From Sporopachydermia quercuum (taxonomy: Eukaryota), in the NCBI GenBank assembly GCA_001599295.1, contig BCGN01000002.1, positions 1,736,001 through 1,800,000 of the forward strand: a stretch of 64,000 bases of DNA. The letters run 5' to 3'. Within the stretch, counting starts at the first letter, position 1. Each line of letters starts with the position of its first letter. A program made the position numbers and the translations under genes. Shown here in pieces: positions 44,560 through 56,440 of the stretch. The notes under the pieces are model-generated. The model searched no databases, was not told where the DNA came from, and was given only the letters and a program-made list of their open reading frames with translations.

Positions 44560-45795
44560 CTAAATAGTAGCATTCACTTTATCATCAAGTATTTGTTCTA
44601 CCTCAGGATCAACTAATTGATCTTTATTCTTGGTAGCAGCCAATACAACCTCTCGGAAAGCAGCTAGACCATTTCCGTCTGTGAAAGACTTCTTTTCAGC
44701 AGAATTCGATCGTGGCCGTTGGTCAGGTGAGCTAACTGATAAAGAACCAATTCCTGATCCAGGAACAGTCAAAGTATCACTAGGATCACCAATTGAAGAA
44801 AGAATTTCATCCTCATCATCGTCCTCATCGATTTTCAAAGCTTTGATACGATTTGCTAATTTAACTGCTTCGATTACCTTGATGAGTCTCTTACGAGCAT
44901 TGAAACCAGTTCTGATATTTGGTAACAAATCAGAAGTGCAATTAGCAACTGTACCAGTGATCCAAATATCAGCTAGTATTTCATCAATAGTGGGACGGTT
45001 GTTCGGATTCAATTGAAGACATTTCTGTATGAACAATTTAGCCTCTAAAGAAACATCTGACCAGTACTGTTTATGAAAGATGAGGAAATTATTACCTCTC
45101 ACTTCATTGAGAAAGTCTTCAGCAGTTTCTGCTTGAAATGGTGAATAACCACTGAGCAGAGTATAAGTAATAACACCCAAAGACCATATATCACAGGGCT
45201 TACCATGTCCAACATTAAGGAAAACTTCTGGTGCTGCATATCCCAATGAGCCAGCAGGAGTAGTAATTTTCTCTTGATCACTATGCAATATCGCAGCAAT
45301 GCCAAAATCAGCTAACACCAAAGGCGATTTAGGATCTTCAGTCAGATAAAGCAAATTCTCTGGCTTCAAATCTCGGTGAACAATATTTCGATCATGCAAA
45401 TATTTCACAGCGTCAAATACTTCTACCATTGTATCAACAGCATCTTGTTCAGTGAATTTACCGTAATCACAGATTCTGTTAAATAATTCACCACCAGTAG
45501 CAAGTTGCATCACAATGTAATATTTATCTCTTGATTCAAAACAGTCACGGAATGATACAATATGAGGATGATTCAATTGACGCAATAGTCTCAATTCATC
45601 TTCTATCATCTTTTCATTTCCTTTCAATCTCTTCTTTAATACAATTTTTACTGCTACATCTTCACCAGTTTCGATGTTGCGAGCAGCTCTTACAACACCG
45701 TAGGATCCAGCGCCCAAATCACGGCCAAAGACATATTTTCCTTTTCTTTTCAGGCTTTCAGGCTGTCCTGTAAGTTTTCTTGCAAACGCTTGCAT
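44560..45795 (-). CDS. CMK2: Ca2+/calmodulin-dependent protein kinase (Cmk1/Cmk2 family)
   Basis: KLTGQPES, GRDLGAGSYGVV, QLATGGELF, HRDLKPEN, DFG, GSLGYAAPE, CaM-binding FNARKRLIKVIEAVKLANRIKAL. Confidence 0.9.
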   Translation of the reverse strand: MQAFARKLTGQPESLKRKGKYVFGRDLGAGSYGVVRAARNIETGEDVAVKIVLKKRLKGNEKMIEDELRLLRQLNHPHIVSFRDCFESRDKYYIVMQLATGGELFNRICDYGKFTEQDAVDTMVEVFDAVKYLHDRNIVHRDLKPENLLYLTEDPKSPLVLADFGIAAILHSDQEKITTPAGSLGYAAPEVFLNVGHGKPCDIWSLGVITYTLLSGYSPFQAETAEDFLNEVRGNNFLIFHKQYWSDVSLEAKLFIQKCLQLNPNNRPTIDEILADIWITGTVANCTSDLLPNIRTGFNARKRLIKVIEAVKLANRIKALKIDEDDDEDEILSSIGDPSDTLTVPGSGIGSLSVSSPDQRPRSNSAEKKSFTDGNGLAAFREVVLAATKNKDQLVDPEVEQILDDKVNATI

Positions 45796-47234
45796 TGTAT
45801 TGTACAAACTGGAGCAGCAAATGAGATGGAAATGTATATTCGTTGCAAGTAATGATCAATTGACAACCAAAGTCTCCTTACTAAAAGGCTAGTCCGGATA
45901 GTTTAGATTTCTTGAAATTAGCGGCAATCTTTCAGAGAATAAGCGTTTTGGAAAGCCGATAGTAGATTTCAATCAAATAGAGAACTGTTAGAATGTCTAT
46001 ATGATGTGTCGATGGATGATTGATAAGCAATGGGAGAGTAACTGATAAAGCAGTTAGAAAATGTTGAAGGTAAAGTAGGAGACTAGTAGGGTGATGCAGT
46101 GCGTGCATGAAAATGCATTGGCAGAGCCACGACGACAATTCAATTTGGAAGGGCTAGAGTCAAGGTTTGAAGTTAATAGGGGGAACGAAAAGACAATTGT
46201 GGACGTGATTGATGTTTTGAAGGAAAAGTCAGTGCTTCCATTATTATTAACGTGTGTTGATTTCCAATAATATTAAAAAGTGTTTAGATGAATGAGAATC
46301 TAATGCTATTCTATGCTTTGTTGGTTATGATTAGTGTAAGGTAAAATAATAGACTTTAAATTATAGAACTTTAGTCTCAAAACAGGAAGAAAGATTAGCT
46401 CCAGTGCCATTATTTTAAACTTTAATTCGTTTAAAGTAAGCGAGTAGAATGAGCCAGATGGCTGATTTTGAACACTTAGGTTCTAAGAAGTGAGGTATAC
46501 AGCTTCGACAGAATAATCTCAGATATAAAGTATACATTTCCATATTGCCTGAAACATAATTATTAGAAAATTATGACAAGGAAAATATCTGCTTGTAGAT
46601 TGTAGATAGACTGTTGCTTTTCAAGTGGATTTCAGATAGTCAACAACAGAATCCCTGTATATTATTAGCATTACATTAAAGTTTGAAGAAAAGTTCTTAA
46701 GTGAAAACTTAGAAGCTGAGGTGGAACTTTATCTTAAGAAACAAGCCCTGATTAGAATGCCATATTTCATAATTCGTTCTTTGGAAAATACGATTATAAT
46801 TTTTAATGATTCTGGCTGTAAATTACATATTTATAGTATATGTGTATGTTTTTATTGGTGTTCAATATGAAGTTTCCTACTACACTTTAGCTCTAATTAA
46901 TATAATCGTCTCTCCTTCTAGCTATCGTATTGATGACTGCTGCTCGCCAAGAACTTGGTAGTTTTATTACTGTCTTTAGTACCCCCTCAGGAAACCATCA
47001 AATCTCACCCAAATCTCAAACCATTTAACTAAATCTACCAATGTTTTCACTCACGGCAATCAACATAAACTCGAGGATGAGTTTGAAGAAGCCACATCAA
47101 CTCCAGTCCCATCACCCCTTCTTTTCTCCTTTTATCCTCCTACGCACTCCATATTCCAGGTCCTCACTCTCACTGTATTATCTCCGTTATTTCTACCAGA
47201 TAATGTCCGTCTTATATCCCCACCATGAAACTGT

Positions 47235-47257
47235 CTCATCCCTCATACAAAATTTTC
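47235..47257. promoter_or_regulatory. PAC-like CTCATC and RRPE-like AAAATTTTC upstream of SDA1
   Basis: CTCATC 47235-47240 and AAAATTTTC 47249-47257. Confidence 0.45.
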
Positions 47258-47409
47258 TTTATTATGGAGCAGAAATTTTCACTGTGTACCTGCTATCAAT
47301 AACAATAAATCCATGTTTATCTATCAGCATCTTCTTTTTTGGCTATCTCTCTAAAGTGACTAATTACCACAATATATTATTAGGGTTCTCGTAAACTCGG
47401 ACATACATA

Positions 47410-49729
47410 ATGGTTAAAAGGAAGAGGGCAGCAGTGCTGCCTACTAATATCATTCTTCTACAGAACTTGATAAGAAGAGATCCTCCGTATGTGTACTATT
47501 TGCTNCTGTCCCTCAGAAGCGTATTTTCAATCTTCTATTGACATATTTGAGCCATAGAAAACGAGTCACTAACATTTAATCAGCTCTTATGAAGAAGAAT
47601 TCATTCAGCAATATAAGCACTATGAAAGTTTACGTGATATCTTCACAGCTAACCCTACATCATACCAAGATGAAGAGTTTGCTGAACTTATAGGTTTTGT
47701 CTCTCAAGTTTGCTCATGTTATCCTAAGTTGACCCAAACGTATCCTGATGAGTTGGTGAAGCTATTAAATACAAATTTCAAAGATTTGAGCACCTTACTA
47801 CGGGACAAGATCATCCAATGTCTAACAATGCTTAGAAACAAAGGAGTGATCAGTGCAGAAACACTAATCAAGTCTATTTTCCCGTTGCTAATTACAGCGA
47901 ATGATACAGGTAGTAGCGCTAAAGTATTGAAAGGTCAGATATACACTGCTTTGGTTTCGCTTTTGAAAAGTATGAATCAAGGCTCGAAGAATCAAAAAAT
48001 CAATAGGACAATGCAAGCGCTGCTATTTAACTTATTAGANCAACAAGATGGTAATGGGTTGTGGGCTACTAAGCTTACCCGGGAACTATGGAGAAGAGCT
48101 ATTTGGGATGATTCCAGAACTGTTGAAATAATGACAAAAGCTTGTCTACACGATGACGTTAAAGTAGCTGTGTCTGGATGCAAGTTTTTCTTAGGCGCAG
48201 ATAAAGAGCGTGAAGAAGCAATGGAAGAAGACTCTGACGATGAAGGAGAATCAGCTGAAGCGTTGAGACATAGAATGCAAATCAACAAAAAGAATAGTAA
48301 AAAGGCTAAAAAGCTAGAAAGTGCTATCAAGCAAGTTAAAAAGAAGTCAAGCTCTAAACATAGTGCTACCTACCTTAATTTCTCTGCTATTCAGTTGCTT
48401 CGTGATCCTCAAGGGTTTTCCGAGAACTTATTTTCTCGCCATTTATCTAACAAAGCTTCCAACAAATTGAACTTAGAACAGAAAATCATGTTTATGAATT
48501 TGATCTCTAGACTTATTGGTACCCATAAGCTTACTGTGCTAGGAATATACTCCTTCTTCCTAAAATACCTAACACCCAAACAAAGAGATGTTACTCAGAT
48601 CATGGCAGCTTCAGCGCAAGCAGCACACGACTTAGTTCCACCAGATGTTATTTCTCCTGTGGTAAGACAAATAGCTAACGAGTTCGTTTCTGATGGTGTA
48701 GCAGCTGAGGCTGCAGCCGCAGGTATTAATACCATAAGGGAAATCTTAAGCAGAGCACCACTCGCTATTGATAGTACATTATTGCAAGATTTGGCAGAAT
48801 ATAAATCATCAAAATCAAAGCCTGTTAGCATGGCAGCCAAATCATTGATCTCTTTATATAGAGAAATGGCTCCTGAAATGCTGTCAAGAAAAGATAGAGG
48901 TAAAGAAGCATCAATGTTGTTGCAAGCTGGTGAGCATCGTGATGCACATAGATTTGGTGAAGAAATGTCTACTATCAAAGGTGTTCCAGGTATTGAGCTT
49001 TTAGTTGAATGGAAGAAGAATCAACTGGAGGCTAACGGAAACCAAGAAGAAGACGAACTTGCGGGCTGGGAAATCGAAGAAAAGGAAAGTGACAGTGAAA
49101 GTGATAGCGATATTGATTTTGATGGTGATTGGGTCAATGTTAAAAGTGATGAGGAGATTTCTTTTGATCTGTCGGATAGCGATGATTCAGATGACTCGGA
49201 GGGAGAAATTGAAGGTGAAGATGAAGAAGAAAGAGCCAAGAGGTTACTAAGACTGAAAGGTGAGAAACAATTGAGAAAGGAAGCCAAAAGAGAAGCCAAG
49301 AAACCCAAAATCGATCCTGAAGAAGCTTTCAGGGAGTTGGCGTCGTCTAAAATTCTTACCCCCGCAGATTTTGCTAAATTGGATGAATTGAAGTTGGAAG
49401 CCGGTGTTAAAAAGATCATTGGTAAAAGCATTGCCACTGAAGAAGAAGTTGATGCTTCTTCATTGGTTGGACCGGTGAAATATAAGCAAAAGAAGGAAGA
49501 AAGACTTGCCCATGTCAAGGAAGGAAGAGAAGATAGAGATAAGTTTGGTAGTAAGAAAGGTAAGCGGGAGGCTCCTCATAGTACTACAAATAGGGAGAAA
49601 GCTAGAAAGAAGAATTTCATGATGATGGTTCATAAAAGAGATGTTCAAGGGAAGGCAAGAAGAAGTTTGAGAGATAAACAGAAAGTATTACGGGCTCATA
49701 TTGAGAAACAGAAGAAGAAAGGTTTCTAG
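47410..49729 (+). CDS. SDA1: 60S biogenesis factor Sda1; 2 exons
   Basis: Exon 47410-47486 ([25 protein letters not shown]); intron 47487-47583 [69 protein letters not shown]. Confidence 0.97.
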
Positions 49730-50361
49730 TTTTTTATACCTTTGGCCTTATTCTGAACGGTTTCTATGCGTGATTCTTATTCACAGCTTCTACTATATTT
49801 TTAGACTGATAGATTACATTTTTCACTTCTGTTGCCATCAGCCGTTGAATATGGGTTCTATTGCTCTTCATTGTTCTAAATGTTCTCTACTGAGCCTTCA
49901 CTGTTCAAATCTTGAGCATTCAAAGTTAAAGAATTTTGTTTAAGGTAAACCATTTGTCTTTTAAACAAGTTATTTGAACTGTTACTCAATTCGGCAGACT
50001 TTATTAATCTTGATATTATTTGCCTTTAGGTATGGATTGTGTGGCTGTTCTTTATCTCCAATGGTCATTATTTAATATTCAATACTTTCATGAATCAGCA
50101 CTATTATTGTAAAATGTCATTTGGGTGCTTGAGTGCTTCAATCTATCTAGTATGCTATTAGGAATTTTAACTGTTCTTCTTTATAATTTGGTTAGGGATA
50201 ATAATAATAGATTAATGTATTCATGCTGTATATTCTATAATACATGCGGATGGAGAAGAATAACAGCCTATGCCGATTACTTTTCAAGGATTCAACAGTC
50301 TACTGTCAAGTAAAATAAAAAGTTATACAGCATATATCAATGGCGTGGAGGTTGATTTATC

Positions 50362-50481
50362 GGTTGCGACCATATCTAGTAGAAAGCACCGTTTCCCGTC
50401 CGATCAACAGTAGTTAAGGTACTAAGAGCCTGACCGAGTAGTGTAGTGGGAGACATACGCGAAACTCAGGTGCTGCAATCT
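50362..50481 (+). rRNA. 5S rRNA gene (single dispersed copy)
   Basis: GGTTGCGACCATATCTAGTAGAAAGCACCGTTTCCCGTCCGATCAAC..GAGCCTGACCGAGTAGTGTAGTGGG..GAAACTCAGGTGCTGCAATCT, near-identical to yeast 5S as recalled. Confidence 0.97.
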
Positions 50482-50485
50482 TTTT
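50481..50485 (+). terminator. RNA polymerase III T-run terminator of the 5S gene
   Basis: TTTTT at the 5S 3' end, followed by further T-runs. Confidence 0.8.
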
Positions 50486-51472
50486 CCATTGCTTCCTTTT
50501 TTCCCTCTTTTTTCTCTTTTTTCCTTCTATCAAATAATTACTACGGCATTTGTCAATAAGTACTACTAGGAATAGCTAACTGTATACATATAATCAATTT
50601 ATTATATCTATGCATTTCCATTGATTGAGAACTTCTGTTGAATCTATTTACGCCAGGACCACGAAAAAGATTTATAATCTTATTATAGCTACCCTTATTC
50701 TTGAAAGTGTCGTGTCTACTTATGTTCACAAAGTGGCAGAAAAAAGGGAAGGGCATTGTTATATTGTTTTGTCATACTAATGAGTGAAAAAATAGCATGA
50801 AATATTCAGGAATGGCTTTCAATATTATAACATAAATGTTCAGATTAGGCTAGATTTGAAGGCTTGCAATTGACATCAGAATCTGTCTGTTCTTGTAAAC
50901 TGTATCATCCTCTTCTTCTGTCTCTCGTTCTTCCTGTTTCAACAGCATTATTATACCACGATTAATGATTCTTGAACGGAAATAGAGCTGTGAGACAGTC
51001 TGAAAAGAGAATATGATGTAACTTCTAGTGAAGCAATCATTTGATAAATTCGTTAGCATATAAACGATGATTTCTGAATATACTCTGGGTTATACTCTAG
51101 TTGGCACTCCAATTCCATAGTGTCCCGTGTAGTATCTTTATAGACTGTATCTATAATTGTCAATAATAGTATGCTCATAAGGATTTAACACATATGATAG
51201 AGGCAACTAATAAAGCCATTCAAGACAACAATAAACAGCTCCTAGCATGTATTCATTGGTTAATGAGATATTGATGAGCAGTGACAACTAGCAAACATCA
51301 AAACAACTGCACTTGCAGAGAAAATATCGTTGTTGATTCACAGAAGTTTCGAAATGTGGTTGTTAAAGAGATGATTATCGGGTATTCTATGGGCTGTGGT
51401 GTAATAATCATCATCATACAACCAATTCATTGAAACCTCATGTAGAGCTAACATAAAGCTCACAAAGTTCAA

Positions 51473-52953
51473 TTATTTTCTATTCTGCTTCTTGCTAACT
51501 TTGAACTTGCCACTGCTTTTCCCATGTTCTCTACCAAGACCATCAAATATCCCGGATTTTGCCTTCTGAATCTTCTTTATCTCCCCAAATCCTTCTTTTT
51601 CCATCTCCATCAAACTCTCTCGTTTAGCTCCGGTAACAGGTTTCAAATAATCCTTAATAATCTTGTTATCAGTGACTTTTTCATACTTTTCAAGCTTCAT
51701 TCCAATTCTTTTCTCAATATTCAAAATACGATCGACATCTTTTTCTGCTACGAATGATATACTTTCACCTTTTCTACCTGCTCTTGCTGTACGACCTACT
51801 CTATGAATATAATCATCAGGATCAGCAGGTAAATCATAATTAATAACAAGCTCAACAGTTGGTATATCCAGACCTCTACTGGCAACATCCGTACACACTA
51901 ACACTCTCGCTGCCTGTGCTTTGAACCTTTGCAGAGAGTTCGTTCTTTCAGCTTGAGGAAGACCTGAATGTAATGATGTGACTCTTACTTCTAGTAATCT
52001 CAACATTCTTCTTAGAATCTCGGCTGTATTTGTTCTATTCACGAAAACAATGGTGGATTTTTTCACGTTGTCCTCGTGATTAAGTATGGCGTATAAATAG
52101 GACTCTTTCACGTGTGATGGTAGAAATACATATGACGATTGTAAGGCTTTAGGAATTGCAATTGAGTCTACAGTATCAGTCTCATGAATGAAAGGGGGTA
52201 AGTTTTTCTTACCTTTTCTTGTTCCATTTTCCTTTAAAGCCTTCACAGCGTCAGTGATAGTAGCTGTGAACAACAGAGTCTGTCTTTCAGAAGCTGGTGG
52301 TAAAACGTTGAAACAGTCGCCTAAATGATCACCAAAACTATTACTGAGTAGCCTATCAGCTTCATCTAGTACTAAGTACTTTATTCTCCTTAAACCACAG
52401 ATGGTGTCTTCTCCAGATGATTTGATATGATCAGCTAATCTTCCTGGTGTTGCTATCACGAAATGTGGTTTCCTTTGAAGCTCTAATGCTTGAGATACCA
52501 TATCTACACCTCCGACAATGACAGCTACTTTTATATTCATATTTGCTCCCAGAGCAGAAAACTGCTCTGCTATCTGAAGTGCTAGTTCTCTGATTTAGTT
52601 AGTATATGAACTACAAATAGACTCATAGTTAGACAAGGACAGTTGATATCGATGCATGCGTAACATGAATGACCACATTCAACATCAACAGATCTCCGGC
52701 ATGCGAATACTTACCTTGTAGGCGTCAAAACCAACCCAAATATTCCGTAAGGATCTTCTGACCATCGTGTCAACATTGGTGCTGCAAATGCGATTGTTTT
52801 ACCGCTACCAGTTTTAGCACCTCCTATACAATCTCTGCCATCAAGAATAGCAGGGATACAAGCGGATTGAATTCCTGTTGGTTTGGTGATAGCCATAACA
52901 TTCAATGCTTCACACAGCCATTTGGACAAACCTAGAGATTGAAAATTGCTCAT
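51473..52953 (-). CDS. DBP8: DEAD-box RNA helicase Dbp8; 2 exons
   Basis: Exon 52953-52715 ([44 protein letters not shown]); intron 52714-52590 [46 protein letters not shown]. Confidence 0.96.
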
Positions 52954-52985
52954 GGTGGCTACTATTATAGTTATAATGGTGGTAA

Positions 52986-53047
52986 ATAGTAACAACAATA
53001 ATGATAACAATAGTAATAACAATAGTAATAGTAGAGTAATAATATTA
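52986..53047. repeat. Degenerate AAT/AAC/AGT trinucleotide microsatellite in the DBP8 5' region
   Basis: agt aac aac aat aat gat aac aat agt aat aac aat agt aat agt ... Confidence 0.7.
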
Positions 53048-53562
53048 TGATCAAGTGTTTCTCTGTTGATAGTCTGTGTTACTGTATTCTCTGCTAGCTA
53101 TGATTTGATGATGAACTAACAAATACTTCTACTAACAACTTGGCAATAAAATCCAGCTTGATCAACACTTCTACTGCCTATTCAATCTGTTAAACCATTA
53201 TTTGAATATTTGTTTGTCGTATATATTATACAGAAAGTAAAGTACATAAAAGGTGATAGAAGTCAGTCTCATAGTAAATAAATTTTTTAAGGTTTGGTGA
53301 ATTTTGTGGTGATAATGATGATTTCCGGGATTGAGGCGCTGGTATGAATATTACGGAAACTATGATTATGAGTTTCCGGTATTATCGAGATCATTTCCGA
53401 AATATTCCATCGTGATATATTACTGATAGAGTAATCAGATGCTGATTCAAGCCCACCAGAGATATCATGAAAGCAAAGTGAATTGACTGAATTCCTTAAT
53501 TCCTTAGAATAAAGAGCATATGATCCATTATTTTTTTCAAATATCTTACTAACTTGTTGTTA

Positions 53563-56085
53563 TTACACCGAAGCTTCAGTNGTTGCACCACCAGAGCCTA
53601 GAGTTGGAGTTGGTGTTAGTGATGACTTCTTGCCACAATGCTTCTTACTCCTGAACTTCAAACTACCTTCACGCTTCTCTTCCCCAACTTCCTCCTCAAA
53701 AAATTCAGACCAATTGGGATCTTTCATATCGGAATTCATGTTCATAATGGTGAAATCACCTTCTTGTAAATCCAAGATTTCTGACTCGATCTCATCCACG
53801 CAATCCCATACAATTTCATCAGAAATTGCTTCAATATACCTGTCACTTAACGGTTTCACAATTCCTTTCTTTATCAAATCACTCATATCAAAATCGTCCT
53901 CTTCTAGTATAAAATCAAGCTTTCCTGGATTCACGCTTCTTGTTTTACGCCTATCTTTCTTGCTGATACTTATAGTTGGTGCACACACTGCAGATTGATC
54001 ACGAATTAGTTCCTCTTCTGTATTGGACTCGTCTATCTTCACATCTACAGAAGTCCCAATAGGATTCTTGAAAGTAGGCCAGCATTCAAAGGCGGGTCCC
54101 ATATTGGTTTTAACAATGCCTCCACGGAAACAGGAAACTGTAGGATAATAGCCTAAGGACCCATCGTCAGTGCTCAATTTCTGTTTTGGTTGTTTCTTCT
54201 TCCTCCTTCTTGATCCAAGTGGTTTGGTAGAACTGTTGAGACTCTCATCCTCAGTGAAACCTGTACCAGTCTCGTTTTCATATTCAAGGTCAAACTCCTT
54301 CTTGGTTTTGAATGAATCCTTGAGCCTGATCTTCTCTTCTTTCTTACCGGTGCTGTTGACATTGCTACTGCTATCACAATATTTATCGCTGTCTTGGCTA
54401 AACAAATGTCTGTTCAGCTCTTTGTACTCTGGAGAGAAAACCCCTTGGTAATCTTTGAAATTAGTGAACTCGGTGACCCCAGTAGAAGACGTTAAAGGTT
54501 TGGAAAAAGGCGGTAGGAAAGCAAATAAACCTTCTTGCATCGTTCCAACGTATCTACCGTTTTTGAACACTCTAATGAAAGAGCCTTCAAGCCTTGGAGG
54601 TTCATCGAATTTAGATTTCTTTTGTTTGGAATTGCTTTCGCTGGATAATAAATTATCTGTTACTGAAGATGCTGAAGCTGATACTGTTAAGGCCAGATTA
54701 TTGTCAGAAGTAGATGACCATTTAACAGGATTGAAAAGATCTTCCATTGATTTTGATGGCATATACTCAAACTGTTCAAAATAAGTTTGTCCTTTATATC
54801 TTATAGGAATTCTGTCTCTTACTATATCGTAAGCAAAACGTTTCTCTCCAGGACCTGGTTGAGAGCCTTTTGACGGTTTTATTATTTCTTTCAACGTTGG
54901 CAGCTTCGAAATGTCGTTGGTGGAACTTGAACCGTTTCCATTATTATCATCATCGACGCCATTAACATATTTTTCGATACATTCAACCTGCTGTTGTAGA
55001 CTTGGAAGCTTGACCCAAAATCCAATGACATCGCCGGTGCCAAAAGGTTCCATGAACTTCTTTCTTCTCGAAATATGAACAGATTCTCCAGTTTTATCTC
55101 TTAATCCATATCCATAAGCATCATATCCAACTGGAGTTTCAAAGCTTGACTCTTTTCTAGTAAGACCTATACGAATATGCGATAGGTCCATTGACTTCAG
55201 CTTCTCTTCTATTTCTTTTGCTTGTTTTTGTAGATNAGATGTCACTTGCGCTGACGCATACGAGCCCGAGGATAAGCTNGTTAGCTTTCTGATTTTCTCT
55301 TGTTCAGTTAATCTGAATTGTTCCAGCATAGCTTCATCGTTACCTCTCACTATTTTTATCTCGAAATAGTACTGGCCTTCTCTGATGCAGACGTTTGATC
55401 TAGCACTACGGAACCCCTTTGTTGTAGATGCGTATGTCATTTGCTCTAAATCAGTGTACATAAACTGTGATTTGTCTTGATAGTCAAGATGAGCATTGAA
55501 TGGGGGTAATTCTATTTGAGAGTACTTTAGAGAAGGCAGGAAAGGATTCGGATGAGCTGGAATATATTTAAATCCTTTTCTATTAGCAGGGTGATCGTCT
55601 AATGAATACAGGGTTATATGGTCTGATACTGGTTTCGTTTCGTCGTTAGATAATGCAGTCGTATCAGAAGGAAAGTTATCATCAATAGCGGTACTGGATG
55701 AGGTAGATGTGATAATGGAAGCATTGGCACCAGTTTCGATCCAAACGTTTGAAATATTATTTTCAGACTCCTTATGAGTTGTTGGGAGTTTTGCTGGTAA
55801 CAATAGCTCTGTCATTGTAAATTGCTTTGGTTTGAATCTAATGGAAAACTCATTTGGTTTGCCCATTGAGCTGATATTCATAGCCTCCTTGCTGTCACCC
55901 CCATTGGTGCTAGCATCGAAATCATTAGCTTCCCGAGCAGAATGCTTTAGTAGTAGAGATTTATTGCCATCAATCGGGTTTGGGCTTGACGTTTCTGATC
56001 TGTCGATATCAAATTTACGCTTCTGTTTCTTTTTGACGTGCTTCAGATAATCCACACTATCTCGTGTGGCAGGACTTGACTTCAT
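53563..56085 (-). CDS. BRE2: COMPASS subunit Bre2/Ash2 (SPRY domain)
   Basis: NRKGFKY, KGFRSARSNVCIREGQYYFEIKI, HIRIGLTRKE..PVGYDAYGYGLRD..G, FGTGDVIG, RDRIPIRYKGQTYFE, DDGSLGYYPTVSCFRGG, Sdc1-binding ISDEIVWDCVDEIE; first ATG is 56085. Confidence 0.92.
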   Translation of the reverse strand: MKSSPATRDSVDYLKHVKKKQKRKFDIDRSETSSPNPIDGNKSLLLKHSAREANDFDASTNGGDSKEAMNISSMGKPNEFSIRFKPKQFTMTELLLPAKLPTTHKESENNISNVWIETGANASIITSTSSSTAIDDNFPSDTTALSNDETKPVSDHITLYSLDDHPANRKGFKYIPAHPNPFLPSLKYSQIELPPFNAHLDYQDKSQFMYTDLEQMTYASTTKGFRSARSNVCIREGQYYFEIKIVRGNDEAMLEQFRLTEQEKIRKLXSLSSGSYASAQVTSXLQKQAKEIEEKLKSMDLSHIRIGLTRKESSFETPVGYDAYGYGLRDKTGESVHISRRKKFMEPFGTGDVIGFWVKLPSLQQQVECIEKYVNGVDDDNNGNGSSSTNDISKLPTLKEIIKPSKGSQPGPGEKRFAYDIVRDRIPIRYKGQTYFEQFEYMPSKSMEDLFNPVKWSSTSDNNLALTVSASASSVTDNLLSSESNSKQKKSKFDEPPRLEGSFIRVFKNGRYVGTMQEGLFAFLPPFSKPLTSSTGVTEFTNFKDYQGVFSPEYKELNRHLFSQDSDKYCDSSSNVNSTGKKEEKIRLKDSFKTKKEFDLEYENETGTGFTEDESLNSSTKPLGSRRRKKKQPKQKLSTDDGSLGYYPTVSCFRGGIVKTNMGPAFECWPTFKNPIGTSVDVKIDESNTEEELIRDQSAVCAPTISISKKDRRKTRSVNPGKLDFILEEDDFDMSDLIKKGIVKPLSDRYIEAISDEIVWDCVDEIESEILDLQEGDFTIMNMNSDMKDPNWSEFFEEEVGEEKREGSLKFRSKKHCGKKSSLTPTPTLGSGGAXTEASV

Positions 56086-56250
56086 ATCGCAAGTAGAGAT
56101 TATGAGACTTAGTGCGGAAGGTAGGAAACCCTGTTGGGTTTGCAACGACAATTTTTNAGGACTGCTAAGCAGGAGGAAAAGATATTTTGATTATAAGCAA
56201 AGGCGATCGCTAAATGAAGCGTTCAATGAGAATATGATGACAGCTGGAAA

Positions 56251-56282
56251 AAATTGTGATTTATCATGATAAATCACAATTT
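56251..56282. repeat. Perfect 32-bp spacer-less palindrome
   Basis: AAATTGTGATTTATCA|TGATAAATCACAATTT. Confidence 0.95.
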
Positions 56283-56310
56283 CTTGGTGGGAACCCAATT
56301 ATGCAAGTTG

Positions 56311-56440
56311 ACGCGTAATATGCATTGAGGTACATAGAGAGAATGAGTTCATTTATGATTACGCGATAAACAAATAAAGAAGAGAAAGTAGATGCAAGTG
56401 GCTGTATGAGAACGTATGGGAGAGAACGAGGATGAGTCAT
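56311..56440. promoter_or_regulatory. MCB (ACGCGT) and Gcn4/AP-1-type (ATGAGTCAT) sites in the BRE2-PFK1 divergent region
   Basis: ACGCGT 56311-56316; ATGAGTCAT 56432-56440. Confidence 0.4.

Noticed and set aside
50280..50361. tRNA-5S dicistronic gene as in Yarrowia
   Set aside because: No tRNA A/B boxes or cloverleaf upstream of the 5S
50553..51120. Possible spliced small gene on the minus strand (acidic EERETEEEDD stretch, TGCTAAC)
   Set aside because: No consistent start, donor and acceptor combination and no recognisable homology
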